A DNA stretch of 64,000 nucleotides from Desulfatiglandales bacterium. GTDB taxonomy: Bacteria > Desulfobacterota > DSM-4660 > Desulfatiglandales > Desulfatiglandaceae. A program made the position numbers and the translations under genes. The notes under the pieces were generated by a model. It saw nothing but the letters and a program-made list of their open reading frames with translations. It had not been told where the DNA came from and did no database searches. Each line of letters begins with the position of its first letter. Positions within the stretch are counted from its first letter, which is position 1. Shown here piece after piece: positions 29,614 to 39,568 of the stretch. The stretch is taken from assembly GCA_963664475.2 (NCBI GenBank), contig CAXXXE010000007.1, positions 672,587 through 736,586 of the forward strand. Direction: 5' to 3'.

Positions 29614-31842
29614 ATGGACAAGAAGACAGCAGTTTATTTATGCACCGGGTGCGGCATTGGAGATGCCCTGGATATTGAACAGCTCAAGGAGGAGGGGACC
29701 GAAGACTTCAAAATTGATGTCTCAGCGGATCATCCCTGTCTGTGTGGCGCCGAAGGGCTCGAGCTGATTAAAAAAGATATCGCCGACGGTGTCAATACGG
29801 TGATTATCGGCGCCTGTTCCTACCGGGTCAATTACGATGTGTTTAATTTTGGCCCCAGTGTGATCGTTGAGCGGGTGAACCTGCGTGAACAGGTGGCCTG
29901 GGTCATGCCGCCCAAAGAGGAAAATACTCAGGAACTGGCCCAGGACAACCTGCGTATGGCGTGTTCAAAGGCCAAAGATACGCAATTGCCGGAGCCCTTT
30001 AAGGCGGAAGAAGAATATTCCAAGGATGTGCTGGTGGTGGGCGGGGGCCTGGCTGGAATGACGGCGGCCCTGGAGACGGCGAAAGCCGGTTATCAGGCGA
30101 TTCTGGTGGAACGAGAAGAACAATTAGGTGGCTTTTTAGGCAAAATGAAAAAGACCATCACCCTGCCCTATAAAGAATTGTCTGAAACCGGCGCCCAGGA
30201 CCTGATCAAGGCTGTTTCGGAAGAGCCGAAGATTAAAGTATTTACCGGTTCAGTCGTTGAAAAGATCAGCGGTGGTCCCGGATTGTTCTCCGTTGATATC
30301 AAGCAGAACGGCAATGTGGTCACTGAAAGGGCAGGCGCCGTTGTGCAGGCAACAGGATGGGTTCCCTATGACGCCAACAAGCTGGGGCATCTGGGGTATG
30401 GACAGTTTAAGGACGTCATCACCAATGTGGAAATGGAAGAGATGGCCGCGGCCGGTAAGATTACCCGACCCTCCGACGGCAGCCCGGCTAAAAATGTGCT
30501 GTTCATTCAGTGCGCCGGTTCCAGAGATCCGGAACATCTGCCCTATTGCTCTTCCGCTTGCTGCCTGGTTTCCATGAAACAGGCCGCCTATGTGAAAGAG
30601 CAGGATGCCGAAGCCGTGAACTACGTCCTGTATAAGGATGTGCGCACAGTGGGTCAGGCGGAAGATTTTTACCGAAAAGCACAGAACGACGGCAATGTGT
30701 TTATCCGCGGCGCCGCCACGGAAGTGGGCGAGGCCGGCGGAAAACTCTTCGTGGAAGCGGATGATGAACTCCTGGGAGAGAAGGTCAAGATTGAAGATTT
30801 GGATCTGGTCGTTTTGGCGGTTGGGATGGTGCCTGCGTCGAAGCCCACGGTAACGCCGAGAATCAAGGCACCGGCTGATGCGGAAGGCGCGGATGAAGAA
30901 GGGCTGATCGAAGTGGTTCCGGATTCGGGATTTTTTGCCAATTCCGCCCTGAACCTGGCATATCGACAGGGACCGGAGCTGCCCACCCTGAAATACGGTT
31001 TTCCCGATTCCCATTTTATCTGTTTCCCCTATGAAACGCGACGAACCGGCATTTACAGCGCGGGATGCGTCAAGCGACCCATGGAAACGGCAAAGGTACT
31101 GGATGATGCGACGGGCGCCGCCATGAAAGCCATTCAGTGTACCGAATTGACCGCTGAAGGTAAGGCAGTCCATCCCAGGGCAGGGGACATGACCTACCCC
31201 GAATTCAACATGAACCGATGTACCCAGTGTAAGCGGTGTACGGAAGAGTGTCCCTTTGGCGCCATCAATGAGGATGAAAAAGGCAATCCTCTTCCCAATC
31301 CCACCCGGTGCCGTCGATGTGGCGTGTGCATGGGCGCCTGTCCGGAACGGATTATTTCCTTCAAGAATTACTCCGTGGGCATGATCGGAAACATGATTAA
31401 ATCTGTGGTTGTTCCTGAAGAGGATGAGGAGAAACCGAGAGTCCTCTGCCTCATCTGCGAGAACGATGCGCTGCCGGCGCTGGATATGGCAGGCATCAAG
31501 CGCATGAAGTGGAGCCCCTACGTGCGGTTTGTTCCCCTCAGGTGCCTGGGCTCCATGAACCTGGTGTGGATTGCGGACTCCCTGTCACGTGGCATCGACG
31601 GTATTTTGCTCATGGGATGTCGTCACGGCGATGATTACCAGTGCCATTTCGTCAAAGGGAGTGAACTGGCCAATACGCGACTCAGCAAGGTATCTGAAAC
31701 CCTGGATCGACTGGCCCTGGAGTCGGATCGTGTGAAGTTTGTGGAAGTGGGCATTACGGACTACGACAAGATCCCCAAGATTATCGATGATTTCATGGAA
31801 ACCATCGAGGAAGTGGGTCCCAATCCGTATAAAGGCTGGTAA
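29614..31842 (+). CDS. qmoB: QmoB (HdrA-MvhD fusion)
   Basis: YLCTGCGIG, LAYRQGPELP, DSHFICFPYETRRTGIY, CTQCKRCTEECPFG, C-terminal MvhD domain ending GPNPYKGW. Confidence 0.95.
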   Translation: MDKKTAVYLCTGCGIGDALDIEQLKEEGTEDFKIDVSADHPCLCGAEGLELIKKDIADGVNTVIIGACSYRVNYDVFNFGPSVIVERVNLREQVAWVMPPKEENTQELAQDNLRMACSKAKDTQLPEPFKAEEEYSKDVLVVGGGLAGMTAALETAKAGYQAILVEREEQLGGFLGKMKKTITLPYKELSETGAQDLIKAVSEEPKIKVFTGSVVEKISGGPGLFSVDIKQNGNVVTERAGAVVQATGWVPYDANKLGHLGYGQFKDVITNVEMEEMAAAGKITRPSDGSPAKNVLFIQCAGSRDPEHLPYCSSACCLVSMKQAAYVKEQDAEAVNYVLYKDVRTVGQAEDFYRKAQNDGNVFIRGAATEVGEAGGKLFVEADDELLGEKVKIEDLDLVVLAVGMVPASKPTVTPRIKAPADAEGADEEGLIEVVPDSGFFANSALNLAYRQGPELPTLKYGFPDSHFICFPYETRRTGIYSAGCVKRPMETAKVLDDATGAAMKAIQCTELTAEGKAVHPRAGDMTYPEFNMNRCTQCKRCTEECPFGAINEDEKGNPLPNPTRCRRCGVCMGACPERIISFKNYSVGMIGNMIKSVVVPEEDEEKPRVLCLICENDALPALDMAGIKRMKWSPYVRFVPLRCLGSMNLVWIADSLSRGIDGILLMGCRHGDDYQCHFVKGSELANTRLSKVSETLDRLALESDRVKFVEVGITDYDKIPKIIDDFMETIEEVGPNPYKGW

Positions 31843-31856
31843 GGGAGAGGATTTTT

Positions 31857-32447
31857 ATGGAAAAGTTGGTGGGCTACAATCCCTCCTTTGCCGAGGAGGT
31901 TTTCCAGAATGTGGATTCTGGGGATGAAATCAAAATGTGCATGAATTGCGGCGTCTGTGCGGCATCCTGCCCATTGCGGGAACATATGGACTACCCACCG
32001 AGGCAGATATTCTCTCTGATTCGGGCTGGAAAACGGGAAGTGGTTCTCGGCAGTAAGGCCATCATGCTTTGTACCTCCTGTTACACGTGCGCGGTGAAGT
32101 GCCCCAGGTCTATTCCGGTGATAGATGTGATGCATGGGTTGGCTCACTATGCCCTCAAGAAGGGGTATATGCCGCGGGTGGAAACGGCCCGGTTCGGAAA
32201 AGAATTCTGGAATCAGGTATACCGATTGGGCCGTGTGGACGAAAAAGATCTTCCCAGGCGGGTGTTTTTTGCCGGTGGATTTGCGGAAGGAATTAAGAAG
32301 ATGCTCAACTTCATGGATATCGGCATCAAATTGATGCTTCACCGGCGTATGAAGTTGCTGCCCGAACGAAAAATAAAGGGGATCAATTCCCTGCAGAAGA
32401 TGCTAAACAAGGCGGAACGGATTGGTAAAGGGGGGGCAGTGCGATGA
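31857..32447 (+). CDS. hdrC: Heterodisulfide reductase subunit C-like
   Basis: CMNCGVCAASCP and CTSCYTCAVKCPR; no TM or heme-b domain. Confidence 0.85.
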   Translation: MEKLVGYNPSFAEEVFQNVDSGDEIKMCMNCGVCAASCPLREHMDYPPRQIFSLIRAGKREVVLGSKAIMLCTSCYTCAVKCPRSIPVIDVMHGLAHYALKKGYMPRVETARFGKEFWNQVYRLGRVDEKDLPRRVFFAGGFAEGIKKMLNFMDIGIKLMLHRRMKLLPERKIKGINSLQKMLNKAERIGKGGAVR

Positions 32448-33322
32448 AATATTTTTTGTATTGGGGATGCAGCCTGGAAGGTAGCGGCGCCAATTTTCTG
32501 GTTTCCCTGAAACCCCCCTGTGAAGCCCTGGGCATGGAGTTCCTGGAGATAGAAGACTGGAACTGCTGTGGCGCCAGCGTGTCTTATGCGGGGGCCGGTG
32601 ATCTGGCCATCAAAGTGCTGAATGCGCGGAACCTGGCCATTGCCGAAGCCGAGGGTGGTTATGATGTGGTGGCGCCCTGCAGCTCGTGCTATATTCAAAT
32701 GATCAAGGTGAACCACGAGATCAAGGAAGACCCCAAACTGCTGGACGAGGTGAATGCCTGTCTGTCGGAAGGGGGGCTTCGGTACAAGGGAAACCTGAAT
32801 GTGCGTCATATCCAAGATGTGCTGTTTAATGATATCGGTGTCGACAAGATTAAGGAAAGGGTGGTTAAACCGCTGAACGGGCTCAAAGTGGCCGGCTATG
32901 TGGGTTGCCAGTCCGTCCGTCCCTATGGGGAGTACGACAGCGTGAATAAACCGGTGGTCCAGGATCGTCTTCTCGAGGCCCTGGGCGCGGAAGCGGTGCC
33001 GTTTCCCAACAAAATAAAGTGCTGCGGATCGGGAATTTTCCTGCCTGAAATGGATTACTGCATGGAACTGGTGAAGAATATCCTAGAAGACGCCCTCAAT
33101 CACGGCGCCGATCTCATTTCCACGGTCTGTCCCATGTGTGCCATGAATCTGGAGCTTTATCAGGGTCGCATCAACGACAAATATGGAACGAATTTTGATG
33201 TTCCCATCGTCTATTTAACCCAGCTGATGGCCGTTGCCTTCGGTATGGATATGAAGAAGGACGCGGCCCTGAATTATAATGTGATTCCACCGGAAGGCGT
33301 GATACGCGCGGCCATCGGTTGA
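32444..33322 (+). CDS. hdrB: Heterodisulfide reductase subunit B-like
   Basis: YWGCSL, DWNCCGA, APCSSC, YVGCQ, KCCGS, CPMC; two CCG domains. Confidence 0.9.
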   Translation: MKYFLYWGCSLEGSGANFLVSLKPPCEALGMEFLEIEDWNCCGASVSYAGAGDLAIKVLNARNLAIAEAEGGYDVVAPCSSCYIQMIKVNHEIKEDPKLLDEVNACLSEGGLRYKGNLNVRHIQDVLFNDIGVDKIKERVVKPLNGLKVAGYVGCQSVRPYGEYDSVNKPVVQDRLLEALGAEAVPFPNKIKCCGSGIFLPEMDYCMELVKNILEDALNHGADLISTVCPMCAMNLELYQGRINDKYGTNFDVPIVYLTQLMAVAFGMDMKKDAALNYNVIPPEGVIRAAIG

Positions 33323-33350
33323 CTGCCGGCAATACCTTAATATTACACTG

Positions 33351-33395
33351 AACCAAATCCTCGACGGGGTGTTGCATTCGAGGGTTTGGTTTTTC
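33351..33395 (+). terminator. Intrinsic terminator after hdrB
   Basis: AACCAAATCCTCGA...TCGAGGGTTTGGTT followed by a T-tract. Confidence 0.6.
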
Positions 33396-33417
33396 TTTTA
33401 TATAACGGAGACAAAAC

Positions 33418-33687
33418 ATGACAGATCAGGCAACGCCTAAATGTTATTACTGTGGCAGTGAAATGAAAAAATGGGGGGTGCCCCCCGATTCCACATGGGG
33501 AACCGAGTTCCTTTGGGTATGCTTTAATGATGAGTGCGCTTACTTTCAACGGGGCTGGGACCACATGATGAAAACCCAGGAGGTCAAAGCCTCTTATCGA
33601 AACTGCGTGAGCCCTGAAACCGGAAACCGCAGCCCGCTTCCCTGCTGGTCGTACGATGCGCTGAAAGATAGGATTATTGAGGATTAA
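33418..33687 (+). CDS. Small zinc-ribbon protein
   Basis: CYYC ... VCFNDEC; GGAG RBS. Confidence 0.7.
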   Translation: MTDQATPKCYYCGSEMKKWGVPPDSTWGTEFLWVCFNDECAYFQRGWDHMMKTQEVKASYRNCVSPETGNRSPLPCWSYDALKDRIIED

Positions 33688-33695
33688 GGAACAGC

Positions 33696-34463
33696 ATGAA
33701 AAAAATTGGACGAAACGACCCCTGTCCCTGCGGCAGCGGCAAGAAATTCAAACATTGCCATCTGGGTAAGGAAGACCAGTTGTCCCATGAAAGCGCCGCC
33801 GGTGAGTTTTCTCCCGAGGATAGCGCACGTATAACGGGTTTGCCGCAGGTTTCATACGGGCGATCCCGGGAGTTGCTTGACGGGTTGGACATTCAGAAAC
33901 TCACGGGTTCTTCGGCAGGTGTAAAATTTATCGATTTGGCCGCCTATAAGCAACTCGGCCTGGCGGATGCTCGGGGTTCTGAACAGGATGGCACAGGCGA
34001 AGGCGGGGTTTTGATAAACGTATTTAAAACCAAAATTACCGACCCCACGCATCTCTATCTGGCCATTTCGCCTGAAATCGGCGACAGCGCCCTCATCCAT
34101 CAATTGGCCCATGTGCTGGACTATCTGGGCGGGTCAAAGCTTATGCCCGGCCTGGCAAAACCCCTCAGTTTTGATGTGGGCATCCCCGGGGAACACCTGG
34201 AGCATCCCCATGAGTATGGTTACTGGTTGACCTACCTGCAAAAAGAATTTGATGTGCAACTGGATGCCGATGATGCTATTGTCGCCTTTTTATTTGAAAA
34301 CGACATGCTGATTAAGGGCCGGGAGATTGAACAGCAGGACCAGGTTCTCCTGAGAGCCAAATCGGAACGCATGATGCGGTTTATGAGCGAGAAAAGCGGG
34401 GAAATTGATGCGTTGATCCGCGAACGTCCGGGATATATCGGGAGCCGGGTGAATAAGGATTGA
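33696..34463 (+). CDS. SEC-C motif protein
   Basis: N-terminal GRNDPCPCGSGKKFKHC; internal HQLAH. Confidence 0.8.
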   Translation: MKKIGRNDPCPCGSGKKFKHCHLGKEDQLSHESAAGEFSPEDSARITGLPQVSYGRSRELLDGLDIQKLTGSSAGVKFIDLAAYKQLGLADARGSEQDGTGEGGVLINVFKTKITDPTHLYLAISPEIGDSALIHQLAHVLDYLGGSKLMPGLAKPLSFDVGIPGEHLEHPHEYGYWLTYLQKEFDVQLDADDAIVAFLFENDMLIKGREIEQQDQVLLRAKSERMMRFMSEKSGEIDALIRERPGYIGSRVNKD

Positions 34464-34545
34464 ATCAGGTTGCAAGTATTTTTGCGTATAGCTCGGTAAC
34501 ATTTATCCAACAGAGGACAACGAAATTCGTTCCGGCGGAAAATTT

Positions 34546-35654
34546 ATGGACAAAAACCAGTCAGAGATTCAACAGCAGCAACGGGATGCATACGATGATG
34601 AAATTGAACTGATGGATCTCCTTCAGGTTCTGTGGAAGTGGAAGTATCTTATTTTGCTGGGAACCTTTGCCTGTGCTGTGGTGGCGGCCATTGTCAGTTT
34701 CAACATGACAAAAATTTATGAAGTGAAGATGGTTGTTTCCCCTGGAATCCTCAAGATAGAGGAAAATGGGAAGAGGCTCTACATCGATTCCCTCCAGAAT
34801 ATCCAAACGATGATTGAGTCAGGCTCCTTTAACGAGCAAATACTGGAGGGTATGGATAAACCTGCTGAGGGAGATTTGCCGGAAGATCTTGAGTTTAAAG
34901 TGGTAAAACCAAAGGGCCTTAATGCCTTGAACATATCCTATGAAACAGCTGATAAAAAAGAAGGCATTCAAATATTGAGTGACCTGAGTAATTTATTGCG
35001 GGAAAAATTTAAAACCGTGGTATCGTATTACCAACAAGAATACGAAATTCAGAAGGACCAACAATCAAATGAACTGAAAACAGAATTTCAGATGGAAAGC
35101 TGGACAGCAATATCTCCAACGTAAAGGCTGGAATCAAAACCAAAGAACTTGAGATCAACGACCTGAAGCAGAGGGCGACTGAAGTGGAAACCGAAATCGA
35201 TCGCATTGGGAAGAACACCGAATTATTGATTTCGGAAAGAAATAAATTCCTTTCCAATAAAAAGACAGATGATAATGTCCTTTCTGCTTGGCTGTATAGC
35301 AATACTATCCAGGAAAGTATTGCTTATTTGAATACGCTTCGAACCACAACAAATGATATAAAGTCAGGGATAAATAATGCAAGTTTGGCAATCGAAAATG
35401 CAAATAACAACATTAAAGATCTCGAGAGCCAAAAGAGATTAATCCAGGAAAAATTTGCCAATATGGAATTCAAAAAAAATACCATCCAGAACATCCAGGT
35501 CCTCCAGCCCCCCAAAAGCAGCCTGTATCCCGTTAAGCCCAAAAAGTTACTTAATGTATTGCTGGCTGGTGTGGTGGGTCTGTTTTTGACTGTTTTCCTC
35601 GCTTTTTTTCTGGAGTATATTTCAAGGCATAAAAATAATGAGGCAAAATCCTGA
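34546..35654 (+). pseudogene. wzz: Wzz-like chain-length determinant, split by a single-base frameshift near 35077-35080
   Basis: N-half DEIELMDLLQVLWKWK plus TM; C-half PPKSSLYPVKPKK plus TM; one extra A in CTGAAAAC joins the frames. Confidence 0.75.
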
Positions 35655-35738
35655 ATTCGGAAATACTCAGGCAACGTCAAAGACCTTGCAATCAGCGATT
35701 AAATGTGCCAATGTGACGGATTAAAGAGGCGACATTCT

Positions 35739-35843
35739 ATGGAATATATCTTTCTTATGGCATTAACCGAGATCATCCTCTGTAGCACGATTTGTTGGGG
35801 AGAGGAAATCGCTGAGGCACTCAGGAGTTTCAATCTGTTGTAG
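35739..35843 (+). pseudogene. Internally deleted 34-aa remnant of the coiled-coil membrane protein family
   Basis: MEYIFLMALTEIILCSTICWGE-EIAEALRSFNLL* matches the signal peptide and C-terminus (EVADALRSFNLL*) of 39569-40042; similar RBS context. Confidence 0.65.
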
Positions 35844-36128
35844 GCTTTATGAGCGTAGTTTTGATAATGAACGAATTTATATCTTAGAAGTTTTCCTTGA
35901 GTTCTTTGATGGGATTGAGGACTTCCAATCGAGCCCCCATTTCGTTAAAACCGTCGTCCGATATATTTGAAAAATATAATAGATTGAAGGGGCCTGAATT
36001 CCTATGGGCAAGGTATGTAAGTCAAAGAGCGGAGCTGTATCTAATGGATGCTCGGTGTGGGCGTTTTTTACGCAACCGCTAGGCCAGTTCGAAATTGAAA
36101 TTTTTCAAATTTTTAAAGGCCCTGTAAT

Positions 36129-37814
36129 ATGTTGTTGGGTTTAATTTTAGTTGAATTTTTCCACATCTCCGAGGAGGATCTTAAAAGAGGGCTTGAGTTC
36201 CAGGAAAAATATGGTGGTCGATTGGGTGAAGTCCTGATCAACATGGGGGTGATTTCAGAGAATATTTTATTAAATGCCTTGGCTAAACAATTGGGGTGGC
36301 CGCTTTTTGCAGAGTTTAAAAAAGGACGTAAGATTGATTTAAACCAGAGCAATTTCTGGGAGTCCTTCAATATTGCCTTTCTGAAGAAGAAAAAATGTAT
36401 CCCCATTGAATCTGACGCGGAGAAAAATACCTTTTATTTTGCCGTCAATGATCCTTTGGACCTGGAACTGCTGGAATATCTGGAATCAAAAGTTCTTTCA
36501 ATCCAATTCATCCTTTGTGGGCAACAGGAGATGAGAGAGCTGATTTCTGAGTTCGACCGGCATTATGAAATTTCAAAAGGTTTTGACGGGTCCATATCGG
36601 TGATTTCCGAGGATGAAATCGATCGATTAAAGGAAATGGCTTCGGAAGCGCCCATAATAAACCTGGTGAATATCCTTATTTCCAGGGGGGTCGAAAAAAA
36701 CGCTTCGGATCTGCACATAGAACCGTATGGCCGATTGTACCGGGTGCGGTATCGTATTGACGGGCAGCTCTTTGATGCCGACGTTCTGCCCGAACATGTT
36801 CAATTGCCGGCGATTTCAAGGATCAAGATTCTGGCCGGTATGGATATTGCCGAAAAGCGATTGCCTCAGGATGGAAAGATCAGTATGCGATTGGCCGGGC
36901 GTGATATGGACATTCGGGTTTCGGCCCTTCCCCTGCTGGAAGGGGAGAGCATGGTGCTTCGTTTTCTTTTCAAGGATACGGAATTCGTGGAGCTGGAAAC
37001 GCTGGGTCTGGAACCCGATACCCTCTCCATGATCAAAGAGGATATTCAGAAGACCTCGGGTGTTATTTTGATCACCGGGCCCACGGGTAGCGGGAAGAGC
37101 ACTACTCTTTACGCTATTTTGAAAAAGATAAACCGCCCTCAGTTCAAGATTATCACTGCGGAAGACCCTGTTGAATATCGGCTGGATGGGATCAACCAGA
37201 TTCAGGTGAACTCGGAGATCGGGTATGGATTTTCAAATGCGCTCCGTTCCATCCTGCGTCAGGATCCCGATGTGCTGATGGTGGGTGAAATCCGGGATCG
37301 AGAGACAGTAGAGATCGCATTACAGTCTGCGTTGACGGGTCATTTGGTCTTCTCAACCCTGCATACCAATGACGCCTTGGGGGCCGTCACACGCCTTCTT
37401 GATCTGGGGGTGCAGGAATTTTTGTTAAACGGGACCATCATCGCGCTCTCGGCGCAGCGGCTGGTTCGCAGAATTTGCCAAGCGTGTAAGGTTGAAGATC
37501 CCGAATCCCATGGGTTGCTTGGTCTGAAGAACATCAGGGAAACCGCCGTAAAAATATTTGGCGAAGCACCACGGCTTTTTTGTGGTGAGGGGTGCGAGCA
37601 GTGCAACCACACCGGGTTTAGTGGGCGAATTCCCATCATGGAGTATGTCCCCTACGACTATGAATTAAAGGTGATGCCAAAAGATGCTGCTTTTCCTTCA
37701 AAGGCATGGGAATATCAGCATGAACTGGGTCGGCGAAGTTTGATGGAGGATGGATTCATCAAGGTGAGGAAGGGGTTGACGACCATACAGGAAGTGCTTC
37801 GAGTGGCAGGCTGA
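36129..37814 (+). CDS. gspE: Type II secretion ATPase GspE with MshEN-like N-terminus
   Basis: ASDLHIEP, GPTGSGKST, EDPVEY, LRQDPD, TGHLVFSTLH; RLGEVLINMGVISENILLNALAKQ. Confidence 0.92.
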   Translation: MLLGLILVEFFHISEEDLKRGLEFQEKYGGRLGEVLINMGVISENILLNALAKQLGWPLFAEFKKGRKIDLNQSNFWESFNIAFLKKKKCIPIESDAEKNTFYFAVNDPLDLELLEYLESKVLSIQFILCGQQEMRELISEFDRHYEISKGFDGSISVISEDEIDRLKEMASEAPIINLVNILISRGVEKNASDLHIEPYGRLYRVRYRIDGQLFDADVLPEHVQLPAISRIKILAGMDIAEKRLPQDGKISMRLAGRDMDIRVSALPLLEGESMVLRFLFKDTEFVELETLGLEPDTLSMIKEDIQKTSGVILITGPTGSGKSTTLYAILKKINRPQFKIITAEDPVEYRLDGINQIQVNSEIGYGFSNALRSILRQDPDVLMVGEIRDRETVEIALQSALTGHLVFSTLHTNDALGAVTRLLDLGVQEFLLNGTIIALSAQRLVRRICQACKVEDPESHGLLGLKNIRETAVKIFGEAPRLFCGEGCEQCNHTGFSGRIPIMEYVPYDYELKVMPKDAAFPSKAWEYQHELGRRSLMEDGFIKVRKGLTTIQEVLRVAG

Positions 37815-39031
37815 TGGCCTTTTTTGAATACGCCGCCTATGACAGCCAGGGCAACAGGAGCGAAGGTCGGGTGGAGGCGGCGGATGTAAAGGAGGCTCAG
37901 GAAAAGATACGCGCTCTTGGGTTTACGCCCGTCGAAGTGAATCAAAAAAGAGAGGAGGGTTTGTATTCTCTCAAGAGCATTCGGTACGCCTTCTTTAAAA
38001 CAGCGCCGCTGACGGACGTGGAATACTTTATTTCGGAATTGTCGCTTCTGTTGAATAACGGCATCCGGTTGAACAGGGCGCTTGAGATGGTGGGTAGAAA
38101 TATCGCTCACCCGCATCTTAAAGACGCTGTTCGGGATCTCTACGACCGGATCCGACGTGGAGATTCTCTCCATAAAGCCATGAAATCCTATCCCCAGTAC
38201 TTTGACCGGATGGTTCTGAACCTGGTGGATCTGGGTGAGAACACGGGAAAGCTGGGGGAACTTTTCCAGGAGATTTCAGACCACATGAAGTTCCGATCCC
38301 AGCTGCGTGGAAAGGTGGTGCAGTCTCTGACTTACCCGGGTTTTATCATGGGTGTCTGCACCCTGTGTTTACTCTTTATTTTCTACTTTGTCGTGCCCCG
38401 TTTTGCGGTTTTGTTTGAAAAGATGGCGTCAATTCCGCTGTATACAACAATACTCCTGGCAACCAGCGATTTTGTGACCCGGTATCTGGTGGTCCTGGTG
38501 TTCGGACTGGGGCTGGGGTTGGTGTTATTTTTCAAGGTGACGGGTCGATCTGAATTTTCAAAGGTAAAAGACCGATTTGCATTGTTTGTCCCCATCATGC
38601 GGGCGCTCACCGAAAATGCGGAACGACTGCGGTTTGCCAAATCCATGGCCATATTGCTCCGCAACCAAATTCAGCTGGATCGCAGTCTGGCCCTTGCCGT
38701 GAGTTTCGTGAATAACAGCCTGATCCGTGCAAGGCTGGTCCCCATTGTTCAGGTGGTGAAGGGGGGAGGATCGTGTGCGGAGGCCCTTCAAGGCGTCCGG
38801 TTTTTCCCGCCGTTCTTCCTCAATCTCGTTGAAATAGGTGAAGAAACCGGTAACATGGCCGGCGTATTCGGGGAAATCACAAGGGAGCTGGAAAAGAAAT
38901 TTGATGCGTCCCTGCAGCGGTTGATCACCTTTATTGAGCCTGTGGCCATTATTTTTATGGCGCTTCTGGTAGGCTCCATCATCATCACCATTATGCTCAG
39001 CATCATTACCACCTATGATATCCAGTTCTAG
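37814..39031 (+). CDS. gspF: Type II secretion inner-membrane platform protein GspF
   Basis: Two GspF domains (GENTGKL, GEETGNM), LTYP, IEP, three TM segments. Confidence 0.9.
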   Translation: MAFFEYAAYDSQGNRSEGRVEAADVKEAQEKIRALGFTPVEVNQKREEGLYSLKSIRYAFFKTAPLTDVEYFISELSLLLNNGIRLNRALEMVGRNIAHPHLKDAVRDLYDRIRRGDSLHKAMKSYPQYFDRMVLNLVDLGENTGKLGELFQEISDHMKFRSQLRGKVVQSLTYPGFIMGVCTLCLLFIFYFVVPRFAVLFEKMASIPLYTTILLATSDFVTRYLVVLVFGLGLGLVLFFKVTGRSEFSKVKDRFALFVPIMRALTENAERLRFAKSMAILLRNQIQLDRSLALAVSFVNNSLIRARLVPIVQVVKGGGSCAEALQGVRFFPPFFLNLVEIGEETGNMAGVFGEITRELEKKFDASLQRLITFIEPVAIIFMALLVGSIIITIMLSIITTYDIQF

Positions 39032-39107
39032 ATGATTGGATACCCGTTGATTGTTGAAACCATGTCTATCCGAGGGTGTTATCCTTTCTGCCCCGAATGA
39101 AACCGAA

Positions 39108-39497
39108 ATGGACAAAGCCTGGCGTAATCTAAGATTCATCCGTGGCTTCACCCTTATTGAGCTGTTGCTGGTTATCTCCCTGATGGGCCTGGTGACCAGC
39201 CTGGTGGCGCCAAAGCTTTTCTCCGCTTACCAAAAGATTCTGGTACAATCCGAGGAAAAGGAGATTTCAAGTTTGCTGAATGCCATTTCCTACAGAGCCT
39301 TTATTCAATACCGTTCCATTGAGGTAAAGCTGGACGAAAATACCCTGTCCGTAGCAGGAAAGCCGTTTTTGAAACTAAAATATGTTCGCTTCCCTGAAAC
39401 GGTCTTGACTTTCATTCAAAGCGGCTTCTGTAAGCAAAACAGAATCTATTATCAACTTGGGAATGAAACACGATTTATCCCTGTTTCAACCCTTTGA
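39108..39497 (+). CDS. Minor pseudopilin (GspH-like)
   Basis: Prepilin motif RGFTLIELLLV. Confidence 0.75.
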   Translation: MDKAWRNLRFIRGFTLIELLLVISLMGLVTSLVAPKLFSAYQKILVQSEEKEISSLLNAISYRAFIQYRSIEVKLDENTLSVAGKPFLKLKYVRFPETVLTFIQSGFCKQNRIYYQLGNETRFIPVSTL

Positions 39498-39505
39498 TTG
39501 GGTTA

Positions 39506-39550
39506 GGGATTCGAGAATTTGTTACCGAATCAAAACCAATCTCGAATCCC
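39506..39550. repeat. 11-bp inverted repeat upstream of the inserted coiled-coil gene
   Basis: GGGATTCGAGA ... TCTCGAATCCC. Confidence 0.7.
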
Positions 39551-39568
39551 CAAAGGAGGCGCTATCAT

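Noticed and set aside
35850-36120. Possible gspG or other gene before gspE
   Set aside because: Only a 61-aa ORF with no prepilin motif or RBS.
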